From positions 2,666,001 to 2,730,000 of the forward strand of contig SMSO01000025.1 of the NCBI GenBank assembly GCA_004764695.1: DNA of 64,000 nt, in the 5' to 3' direction. Positions 23,678 to 33,033 of this stretch are shown in pieces. The notes under the pieces are model-generated. The model was given only the letters and a program-made list of their open reading frames with translations, was not told the origin of the DNA and ran no database searches. Positions within the stretch are counted from its first letter, which is position 1. Each line of letters starts with the position of its first letter. The DNA is from Schizochytrium sp. TIO01 (taxonomy: Eukaryota > Protista > Bigyra: Labyrinthulomycetes). The position numbers were made by a program, and so were the translations under genes.

Positions 23678-24652
23678 ATGGCTGGCAACAAAGCACGCAG
23701 GCAGAAGCGTGCCTCTCGCGTGGCGCGTCAGAATCTGAATGCTAAGACACCGGTGCGCAACGCCCGCGCTGAGAGAGTCGCTCGTGCGGTGGCCTCGGAC
23801 ATTGTGCATCACAGTGACGCCGCTGCCGCCAAAGCGCTCCTCGCCTCCTCCTCGGGGTCTAATGCAGCGGCTTCCGGCTCTCTACTCGGATCGGCTGCCG
23901 CCAAACGTGCTGCTGCCGCTCGGAACTCTGCCGGCCGCGACACCATGGATGCGGAGTTGAGTGATGGAGGCCATCGGAACTCAAGCTCGAATTCAAACTC
24001 TGCCAACGCAAGGGGCCTCCAGACACTGAGCTCTCAGAAGAAAAAGAGATCCCGGGTAGAGGTGGACGACGACGTCCTGGATGAGAGCTCATGGAAGAGG
24101 CGTCAGAAGGAGGTCACACTCACAGGCTTTTCAGCGCCGACCTTTGTTATGCAGGACCAGGGTCAACAGGGTCCTGGAAGCGCTATGCAACAGCCTGCGC
24201 AGATTGGAAAACTTAGCAAGGATCTGCTTGAGTCGCTAGAAGAGGCGCACGTCATCAGGGAGGCAGAAATAGCGCAGGCAAGACGCCAGCGTGAGATTAA
24301 GCGTCTTGGGACGGGACAGAGACGTAAGACAGCTGGGAATGCGTTTGCTGCGCTCATGGATTCTGATGATGAAGAAGATGAAGTCAATAAACCCTCGGGA
24401 TTGTTTTTCGCACCGTCAACTCTTGTGCTGGACTCTGATCATAACGTTGAGCCGATCTTTGGAAAGAAGAGGTCCGGCTCGCAGAAAAAGCCCGTGACCC
24501 AAAAGCTCACACCCATGGCTCAGTCGTCCTTTTCTTCTCAGACGTGGACTAAAAACGTATCTGCGAATCAAACGAAACATGACAATATCTCCAACAAGAA
24601 AAAATCGTCTGTTGTACCAAATGTTGAGGACGAGATCGATGACCTTTTGTAA
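23678..24652 (+). CDS. Uncharacterised low-complexity, probably nuclear protein (~324 aa)
   Basis: The first ATG in the long ORF has an AAAATGG context. It has a basic N-terminus (MAGNKARRQKRASR), NLS-like KKKRSR, an acidic NAFAALMDSDDEE patch and a C-terminal EDEIDDLL. No recognisable domain. Confidence 0.75.
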   Translation: MAGNKARRQKRASRVARQNLNAKTPVRNARAERVARAVASDIVHHSDAAAAKALLASSSGSNAAASGSLLGSAAAKRAAAARNSAGRDTMDAELSDGGHRNSSSNSNSANARGLQTLSSQKKKRSRVEVDDDVLDESSWKRRQKEVTLTGFSAPTFVMQDQGQQGPGSAMQQPAQIGKLSKDLLESLEEAHVIREAEIAQARRQREIKRLGTGQRRKTAGNAFAALMDSDDEEDEVNKPSGLFFAPSTLVLDSDHNVEPIFGKKRSGSQKKPVTQKLTPMAQSSFSSQTWTKNVSANQTKHDNISNKKKSSVVPNVEDEIDDLL

Positions 24653-25497
24653 ACGTAGTAAATAATTTCACATTTCTTTTATTTGAAAGAGAAGTACTAT
24701 TACACTTCACTATATTTAGCAGCAGTACATCTCCGGAAATAATATCATTGCTGCTGCTTCGCGACAATATTTTCGAAAGTCTGGTGCAAGTCTTTGACAC
24801 AACTTTCTCTTTAGCCTAAGTAAATTCAGTTGCAGACGGAAGCTTGCTGGCTAGACCCTGGTCACAACATAATAACAGATCCAAAAGCTAAGATTGAAAT
24901 AGTTCATCACATCAGAACATCTTGAAAGTTTTGAAATTTTCATTTATGTGTAGATTCTATGTGAAAAGGTTAAAAATGAAAGCTTATGCTTGTATGTGTG
25001 TGTTGTTTGCGTGTTTGCCAGCTCATGTGAGCAGGGCGTCTGTTCATGCTATAATACGCCCGAGCCATTGCCCATGACTCGAGCCATTCTCCCCCTTCTT
25101 TTGGCCAAGGGCCAAAACGAAACGAATGAGTGAGTGATAAGTGAGTAAGTGAATAGATGAGCAAGGGTATGAAAATTGTGTTTTGCAATGATGGCGAAGG
25201 TATTATAACAACACCATAATCATTAGCAACATGTGAAAACAGGATCAATACATACCATGCCACTAGACCACCACTAAGAAGGGTGTCAAATGATAGCCGA
25301 ATGTCTGTCTGTTGGGTATCAACTCCTACTGATCAATCCAAGGCTATTACACGAAGGAGAAAAAGAAGAAAAAGGTGAGCATAGGATACCATCGATAATA
25401 GAAAAAGAAAAAAAGCAGTGTGCAAAAAACCTCTGATCCCTAGCCACTCTCCAAAGCGTGCGCCTGTTTCAGACATCGGTATCCTTCTATTATATCT

Positions 25498-27063
25498 CTA
25501 GTGCTTTGCTGCCTCCTCCTGTTGTCGCTCCAGAGCCACAATCCGTGCGGCGTCAAGCAAAGAGGTCTTAGGCTCCATAGCAAGCAACTTTTCGTCCCCT
25601 GCTTGGGACACAGATTCTTCACCAGCAGTACTTGCTGATGTTTCTGTTTTGGTGGTCTTGCGCTTCTTTGAATCCTGACCGCGATCCTCTTCCTTTGCGG
25701 ATGCTGACAAGGGTTTGAGGCCCATCTTCTCAAATGGATCTTGATCCTCACTAAGGCCCTCGCGACGCCGAGCCAGAGCAACTGCTGCATCAACGAGTCG
25801 AGCTGCCTCACTCACCCATGCAGTTTCGTCAAGGTCGGCTCTGCTTGGCGGCTGTGGAGGATCCTCTGGCTCTGGCAGCAACCTACGTGGCGCAAGACGC
25901 TCCAGCTTCTCGTCTGTAAACGAGAACAAACAGTCCCGCCTTGGTCCTGCCCTTATCAGTTGATTCCTGCCAGCCATGCTGAGCTTACAGCAGAAAGCCT
26001 GGCGCGGAGGTGGTCGCAAAAGTCGAATGTCTTCCAGTCCTGTAGTGAAGGCATCTCCAGGCTCGTCGTCGGTATCAGGGGCCTCGTCTGCCTGGCCACC
26101 ATCCGTATCATCATTGCCCTGGTGCTTAGAGCGTTTGCGGCGAGATTGGCCACGCTTCGCTCGCTGCCGCCTACCCATTCCAAGCTGCGGAGCATGCTGT
26201 GCACAAAGCTCTGCGTTAGTCACGCCAAAAACCGTTTCTTCATCGTCATCAAGGACTGCATTCCACTTGCGCGAGAGCTTTCCCTCAGATATTGCCAGGC
26301 GAAAGATACGATGAGGGCCCGTTTCGAAGCTCCTGGAGCCTTGTGGTGGTTGCAAGGGCATCAAACCGAGCCGTGTTCGCGAAGAGTCGTTCCAACGAAC
26401 AAGGTTATCCAAAGTATAGCCAAGGTGGTGTTCGTGGCTTTGCATAGGAACCTTTGCGTCGTATGAGTTCTTACGGAAGCCCTGTAGTTTATCATCCTTA
26501 TTCTTCTCACGCTTGGGTTGTGCTGCAGTGCGAGTTTCATTATTTGACGCTCCCCGACGCTTGCGGCCGCGTGTGCTATCCGAGTCGGAGGCTCCGCGTT
26601 GCATTTTGTTTGCATGTGCCATGAGCTCGTTGACAAGCAGGTCCCGATGCACGCGCATGACGTGAGTCCCCAGTTTACCCCGCAAGATAAAGACACGTTT
26701 ACATGATGGAAATGGACATTGTAGTTTCTCCACCTGGTCCACTGTCCCAGGTCCATCAACCTTGACTGTCGGTGCTGCAGACTCTACCCGTTCCAACGCT
26801 AGCTTTCGAAGATCTTCCTCGCCAAGCTCCTCGCCACGCATTACAATCTCCATGGCGGCTTTGGCTGCAGGACCAAGCTTTGGCGCAGTAGCTTTCTCGG
26901 AGTTTTCCTCTTCCAGTTTAGCCAAGTAGTCTTTGTGCTCTTGTACAGTCCAACCCTTGCGGGCACAGAATCGGCATGCGGCGCCCCAGCGCTGCATGCT
27001 GCTTACCTGGTTACGGGCAATCTGGTACCCGCATCCTGAACACGGCTGCGACATACGAGACAT
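25498..27063 (-). CDS. Zinc-finger protein (N-terminal C4 finger plus one C2H2 finger)
   Basis: 521-aa ORF with CSGC-x18-CRFC at the N-terminus, CPFPSCKRVFILRGKLGTHVMRVH (C2H2, ~26648-26718) and several basic NLS-like tracts. Confidence 0.8.
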   Translation of the reverse strand: MSRMSQPCSGCGYQIARNQVSSMQRWGAACRFCARKGWTVQEHKDYLAKLEEENSEKATAPKLGPAAKAAMEIVMRGEELGEEDLRKLALERVESAAPTVKVDGPGTVDQVEKLQCPFPSCKRVFILRGKLGTHVMRVHRDLLVNELMAHANKMQRGASDSDSTRGRKRRGASNNETRTAAQPKREKNKDDKLQGFRKNSYDAKVPMQSHEHHLGYTLDNLVRWNDSSRTRLGLMPLQPPQGSRSFETGPHRIFRLAISEGKLSRKWNAVLDDDEETVFGVTNAELCAQHAPQLGMGRRQRAKRGQSRRKRSKHQGNDDTDGGQADEAPDTDDEPGDAFTTGLEDIRLLRPPPRQAFCCKLSMAGRNQLIRAGPRRDCLFSFTDEKLERLAPRRLLPEPEDPPQPPSRADLDETAWVSEAARLVDAAVALARRREGLSEDQDPFEKMGLKPLSASAKEEDRGQDSKKRKTTKTETSASTAGEESVSQAGDEKLLAMEPKTSLLDAARIVALERQQEEAAKH

Positions 27064-27747
27064 GGTCCCACGTTTGTGTTTTTTCTTGGACTACGTACAA
27101 CAGCAAGTCTAAGCACACACACACCTGTCTCGCCCCAAAACGAGACAACGGTTCAACGCAGGATCGTAAGCTAAATACCAGGCCAGATACCTTTATTATT
27201 GGGCCTCTTGATTCCGAGAGTCTCACTTAGACAAGACAGAGTCGTTCGTATAAGTTGTGAGCTGTAGCTAGATTGCTCGTTAAAACTCGGTTTTTCCACT
27301 TTGAGAGCTGGGTAATTGAATCCTCAATCCTAATTTAAGTCCACGCAGAGAATATATCAGCTTGACTAGCTGTCCGTAGCCCTTCTTTTGCCAAACTGCA
27401 GATTTCCTGCGTTTATTCCAGCAGCGCTGGCCGCTTTCACGAGTTTCTCAGAGCCCAAAGATACGCGCGTAGCTGACCACCTAATAGTGTCTAAGAGTGT
27501 CCGCGAGGGAAAATAAACCCAGGCCGTCAGCGTACGATCTTCGCAAGAGGTCTTTTTCCGCCGCCACCAGCACACAAGACGCACGCCGCAGGTGCAACTA
27601 GTTCACGCAGATCAACGCGCCCGCCAGAGCCTTTGATCCCGCGCAGCTGCCGAGACCACCAAAGAGAGAGCGCCACGCCGGCGCTGTCGATACCTCTTTG
27701 GCTTGGCTGTTTACGCTCCTTCTCTTTTGCCCATATTATTCCACATA

Positions 27748-27838
27748 ACACATATAACACATACAACACATACAAAACATACAACACATATAACACATAT
27801 AACACATATAATACATACATACAATCATACATACAATC
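27748..27838. repeat. 9-bp minisatellite (CATAYAACA)n decaying into (CATA)n
   Basis: About 7 near-perfect 9-mers read directly; these produce the spurious YVLYVL/NTYNTY ORFs. Confidence 0.9.
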
Positions 27839-28929
27839 AGTGCCAAGCGGGCTAGGCACTCCTAGTCATTCTGCTAAGTAGGTCCCTACGCGCATAGCGT
27901 GAAGGAATGAACTACCGTACTATGGAAACGATCGATGAATCAATGAATGAATCAATGCGTACGAAGAAGTCAGCAATCCTGAAGAGGATGATCTTGCCTG
28001 GCTCATGAAGATCACGGTTTGCAGCTTGGGCCAGCATCGAAGTCCGTCTGGAGCCAGGTTGTGCCTGGATGGATCGATGGAGAACAGTCGAAACAACGCT
28101 ACGTTACTCACCTCTTCTTATTGTTACCCATCTCGTTTATCATCATTGCTTTGGCCGAGAGCCGCTAGAGCGTATAGGGAAAACCTTAGGAGTAGGTCCT
28201 GCCTGCTTTGGGGAGTGAGAAAGAAGCTACTCAGGACCTTGCGATTGCAGAAGTACAGGCTCAGAGAGGGACGATAAAACTGGCCAAGCATGGAGGGGTC
28301 CTCCCAAAGACACGTGACGGATGTGAGAGCACCATTTGACGGCGCCTTCGCTGAGTCCACGGCGGCTTTGCGACGGTCTTCGCATTGGCGATTCTCTTGT
28401 TGCTTTAGTGATCTAAGGGAGTGGTAGCAGGTGCCTACTGACCTAGCCAGCAGCTAGGGACTGCTAGGGCGGTGTAGTAAGCTCAAGATGAGAGTGTATG
28501 CCCAAATGGCCAAACGGCGCGCAGATGTAAGTAGGTTATAGAGAAGGAGCACAGTAGAGATTGTGGTTGGATACAGTAGAGTATCGCGAGGTCAATAGAG
28601 CAAATGAGATACTGTATAGTACGGGATAAGGAAGTGAAGTAAAGGATGCCGAAGTGGATAATGGAGGGTATAACTCACTTTGAAGAAAGGATTCTGTATA
28701 ATAAGCGGTGCTCATTCCTCATTTAGGGCAGAGAGCCTCGGAAGCACAGCGGAATGTTGGCTGCTTTGGAAATAGCTCTCCTTGCAGAAGCGAGGTGAAA
28801 ACGTCGCGACAGAACCCCAAAGCGCTGACGATTAGAGACCTTGCGAGGTTTTGCATTGAAGCGGAGTTGAGGGACTTATTATTTAGGCTAGGACCCACCT
28901 GAGATTGTTTGGGATATTTGAGGTCAGCC

Positions 28930-30786
28930 ATGTCGGAGGCCTCGGATCCAGTCCAGACCGAATGGGCGCAACTCAAGCGGCGCTATGGGCCTCAGTTTGA
29001 GGAAATTGATGAGAACAAGGCTTGTGAGCTGAAAGGTGTGAGCACCACGGACCCGGATTTCGATACTAACTGGCTCCCGGAAGATCATCTTTCTGAAGAA
29101 CACGAGAACAAGGCGATTAGAGGCGTGAGACTCCGAATCAACCTCCCAGAAGACTACCCTACGAAGCCACCTAAAGTCACGGTTCTCTCGAAACACCCAA
29201 TCCAAACGTACTTGCAGGACGAAATCGACGCCTACCTTGTGTCCCAGACTGGACACTACGTTCTCAGAGCGCTGGCAAAGTGGGTTGACCGCAAGATCGG
29301 CGTGTGGCGACCTCCCCAAGATTCAGATGACGAGAAAAATAAGGCTAAGAATAAGGCAGCCGAGATTGACCCTGAGAACGCATGGACTCTTGCACAACAA
29401 CTCATGCTTGAAGATGCACTCATGGAATTTCCAAAGTCTATGGAGAAGCATGCTCGTTGGAGGGCAATTGCATCTCGTGTCGAGGGCAAATCGAAGCGTC
29501 AAGTCATTGAACGTTTTGCGTCACTCCGAAAGGCTCTACGCGAAGCCCAGAGTGCTGCCCGCGCAGAGTTTGAAAAGCAAGAAGCAGAACTTGTAGCACA
29601 GCGCGAATCTGAGGTTGAGGCTATTGAATGGTCGGATGAACAGCAGGCTGCATTGGATGCTGCTCTCGCAGAGTTCCCGGCTACCATGGACAAGAATGAG
29701 CGTTGGAAGAGCATCGCAAAGGCAGTGCCCGGTAAATCGAAACGAGAATGTGTAGAGAGGTTTAAGGAACTTCGCCAGAAGCTTCTCGACCAAAAGGCTC
29801 AGCAGCCTGCGACTCAAACCGAGGAGCACGCAAAACCTGCAGATATGCCTGCTGAATCGGAGGGCCCTGAAGCGTTGCCTGACTTGCACCCAGATGAAGT
29901 TGGCACAAAGCTTACTGTGACGTCTTTACATATGTCCAATGTTGATGTTCTTTTTCTCACGTCCCTTAAATGTGTGATCTCGTGCAGCGCATGCGGAAAA
30001 GATTCAATCACGCGAATTGGCGATAAACAAGCTGTAAAGATTTGGTGCGAGGGGTGCTCTGCCCGTCTAGTTGTGCGGCTTAACCCAGCGCTTGTTCATG
30101 GTGGAGATTCTCCGAAATGTGCATTTTTTGATACTGAACATGCAATTGTGCAAGATGTAGCATCATGCGACTTGCGCGCAAGTTGTTCTAATTGTAGTAA
30201 GTTAGCAACATTCACGGACCTCCAGCGCGTGCGCCCCCAGGAACAAGCTTGTCGAGCATGCCACACAAAGCTTCGTCTTGAATATCAGAATTGGGAGCTT
30301 GAAATCATTGAGAAACAAGGCGCAGGTGCCTCTGCGAGTGGATCAAAGCGTGCAAAGAACATTATCAAGATTTCTCAAGCAGCCCAAGAACAAGCGCGCC
30401 AAATTACACCTGGAAAGCCACTGCCTAATTTGGGCATTTGCCGACACTACAGCAAGAGCTTTCGCTGGTTGCGCTTCCCCTGCTGTGGTCTTGCTTATCC
30501 GTGTGACATTTGCCATGAGGTTGAGGGTCAATGTGCCGAGACAAAGTGGGCAACACGTCACATTTGTGGCTTCTGTGGCACAGAGCAGCCCATTACAAAA
30601 GACAAGCCATGCACAAATTGTGGAAAGTACATCAATATTACCAAGGCATCATCCCATTGGGAAGGTGGCAAGGGACAGCGTAACCAGAAGCTCATGTCCG
30701 GAAAGGACAGTCGGAAGTATAAGAACTCAAAGCTCAAGACAAAGAGCAACAAATCGAACCGCGTTGGGCCCAAGCCAAAGCCGTAA
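28930..30786 (+). CDS. RWD - SANT/Myb x2 - Zn-ribbons - CHY zinc-finger protein (~618 aa)
   Basis: RWD motif LPEDYPTKPPKVTV; two SANT repeats (WTLAQQ..LE.AL..FP....RW.AIA..V.GKSK....ERF); four CxxC pairs; CHY finger CRHYSKSFRWLRFPCCGLAYPCDICH...ICGFCGTEQ...CTNCG; tail HWEGGKGQRNQKLMSGKDSRKYK. First ATG at 28930. Confidence 0.9.
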   Translation: MSEASDPVQTEWAQLKRRYGPQFEEIDENKACELKGVSTTDPDFDTNWLPEDHLSEEHENKAIRGVRLRINLPEDYPTKPPKVTVLSKHPIQTYLQDEIDAYLVSQTGHYVLRALAKWVDRKIGVWRPPQDSDDEKNKAKNKAAEIDPENAWTLAQQLMLEDALMEFPKSMEKHARWRAIASRVEGKSKRQVIERFASLRKALREAQSAARAEFEKQEAELVAQRESEVEAIEWSDEQQAALDAALAEFPATMDKNERWKSIAKAVPGKSKRECVERFKELRQKLLDQKAQQPATQTEEHAKPADMPAESEGPEALPDLHPDEVGTKLTVTSLHMSNVDVLFLTSLKCVISCSACGKDSITRIGDKQAVKIWCEGCSARLVVRLNPALVHGGDSPKCAFFDTEHAIVQDVASCDLRASCSNCSKLATFTDLQRVRPQEQACRACHTKLRLEYQNWELEIIEKQGAGASASGSKRAKNIIKISQAAQEQARQITPGKPLPNLGICRHYSKSFRWLRFPCCGLAYPCDICHEVEGQCAETKWATRHICGFCGTEQPITKDKPCTNCGKYINITKASSHWEGGKGQRNQKLMSGKDSRKYKNSKLKTKSNKSNRVGPKPKP

Positions 30787-31182
30787 ATGCTAGATGGCCG
30801 ACGGTCCTTATTTGTTTTTTTAGTAGCGCAATAATGCATGCAAATTTGCGGGTAGCAAATGCCTCGTTTGGAGAGAGTAGTGGTGTTGAGATTTGTATTG
30901 CGAATGTATGGGATTCACTCCTTCTCTTTAGCTCCTGAAGGAAGCCAAACCTGCCCCATTAGCAAAAGTACATCCCAACACCACTGCACCTGCTCCGGCA
31001 CTTTCGTTGCGTTTTGAGATACTATATTGTAGAAGTGGACACCTACCTATTAACTCTTCTAGAGCCTATTATAATGAAAAGTCTGAAGATAAGATACTAA
31101 AAAAGATATTAAAAATCATTACAAGGTTCCTTCACGTTCAGAAAATTTGAATAATGGCAATTGCATGATACCAACCTTTTCT

Positions 31183-32424
31183 TTAGCTACTACTTTGCGC
31201 TTGCTTTTTAGCCCACGCGCAATAAGCACGAAGGTTCTTGTCTTGCGGGATCATGTCTGCAGCCATGCCTCGCGTAAACATTAAGTAACTATCAAAAGCG
31301 AAAGCTCCGAATCCATAAACCTTGTTTTCACCAAGGTCGAGCTGAAACTCAGGGGCAAGCAAGAACTGACTGGACAGCTCAAGAACACTCCGAAAACGAT
31401 TGTGAAAAAGGCCAAGAGGCGCAAGAACTGCATTTACGTCTTCAGCATTTGCATCCAGGGCAGCGCTGGGATGAGGACACAGATGGAAAAAACCCTCAAT
31501 GGCAGTCTCTTTGACTTTGACAGATGACACACGACTCATAAGACAACACGCAATCAGCAACTTCCACGTATCATCTGCATACCGCTCCTGCATCAATGCT
31601 AAGGGTGATTCAATTGGGTATGGCGCTTTTACGGGTTTGCGACTCAGAAGATAACGCTTCCAGTCAACTTTGTTGTCTTTCTCGGCATGGAGAACTTTCT
31701 CTCCCCAAAGACGAACAGCCTCGTCGCGAGCTTCATCCCCAGTAGTTGCACCGTCTTTTGCGTTCAAAGACTCTGCAAAAACCGCATTAAGACGTGCTTG
31801 CATCTCATTGGGATCTGGGCGACTTGGCGCCGCACGCTCAATCACGACGGCTTCTTCGTACTCCTTCTCATCCACCCGGAGGTCTCCTTCAATTCCAGAG
31901 CTTTCCGGTTTAGTTCCACGCACGCGAGAAGACCTGCGCAAAAGTGTCTCATCGAGAGGCTCTCCACGCTTTCGGCGTTTTCGCGGTGTTTTGCTGTCTT
32001 GTTTCGATGATTCATCTTCGTTTGCTCCAGATACCTTGATCCAATCTTCCCGAGCTTGCTTTGCGGCTTTCAGATTGGCTGCTTTCTCGGCAGCCGCCTC
32101 TTTGAACTTGCGGGTTTCCTGGCGGGTTTCTTTAAAAAGTTCATCCAACTGGGCCTCGTTTTGGCGAATGTTCTGAAGACGTTTCCATTCGTACTCGCTC
32201 ATATTCGCTGGTTTCTCGTCAAGATCCTCATCTTTGGGCTCCTGCACAGGTTCTTCTACAGCCTTCTGCTTTTCCAATTGATCAGTGGTATCAGAGTTTG
32301 TCGAAGCCTCTTCCTCATACTTGACTACCTTGTCCTCAGTACTCTTCTTTGCAACGCCTTTCGACTTTGTCTTCACTCGCGCGACACTAGTCCTTGCCGA
32401 CTTCCTCTTGACTGTTGCCACCAT
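31183..32424 (-). CDS. MBD4: MBD4-like HhH DNA glycosylase lacking an MBD
   Basis: The C-terminal SPLALMQE..ADDTWKLLIACCLMSR...LAPLGL...YGFGAFAFDSYLMF...PQDKNLRAY..W aligns by eye with MBD4 SPFNLVQE..HDPWKLLIATIFLNR...LKPLGL...GIGKYGNDSYRIF...PEDHKLNKY..W. The catalytic Asp is retained. Confidence 0.88.
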   Translation of the reverse strand: MVATVKRKSARTSVARVKTKSKGVAKKSTEDKVVKYEEEASTNSDTTDQLEKQKAVEEPVQEPKDEDLDEKPANMSEYEWKRLQNIRQNEAQLDELFKETRQETRKFKEAAAEKAANLKAAKQAREDWIKVSGANEDESSKQDSKTPRKRRKRGEPLDETLLRRSSRVRGTKPESSGIEGDLRVDEKEYEEAVVIERAAPSRPDPNEMQARLNAVFAESLNAKDGATTGDEARDEAVRLWGEKVLHAEKDNKVDWKRYLLSRKPVKAPYPIESPLALMQERYADDTWKLLIACCLMSRVSSVKVKETAIEGFFHLCPHPSAALDANAEDVNAVLAPLGLFHNRFRSVLELSSQFLLAPEFQLDLGENKVYGFGAFAFDSYLMFTRGMAADMIPQDKNLRAYCAWAKKQAQSSS

Positions 32425-33033
32425 GACCGATGTGTCTTCACGAATCTGAGGAACCTCCGACTTGTCCCTTATCTCGGCCTTGGTCTTGATTCCTTTTCAC
32501 TATTCTTTAGCAGCCCACTGTCGTTGTGTACGTACTTCGAAGTGCGAGCAACGCGCGTCAGCACCTTGGTTTGAATTCTGCTGAGATGGGTTGATAGACT
32601 CGCAGTGATTTTGATTATTTATCAATCGTTTAGGCAAGAGGGACTAACTACCACACAAATGCACACCGGATACAAAATGGTTTATCCGGTCAAGTGTTAC
32701 CACAGCTCGAATTTGAAGAGACGATTGGATGAGAACAGCCATTTCGAGGACAGCTTTTGCAGCGAGAGAAAGCTTCTTGTCGTTGCCTTCTGTCAGCATG
32801 AGTTGAAGGTGATGAGGCTACAAATTAGCCTTAAACTGACCAGGATCTGGGTGGCTATCAACAAATTGCCCTATTCTATCAAATTTCTTGAACCTAAGCA
32901 AATCCACTATTGCCGCTGGTATTTGTGGCCGAAATAGTGTCGGAACCATTATGAATAGAGTGATTGGTAAGCAAGGGACAAAAACAGTAACCTGTATAAA
33001 ATCGTATGAAAGGCCAATATACATTTTATCACT

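Noticed and set aside
13061-27975. 17-bp exact direct repeat GTACGAAGAAGTCAGCA at 13061 and 27959
   Set aside because: The flanks do not align, it includes low-complexity GAAGAAG, and it is compatible with chance at this window size.
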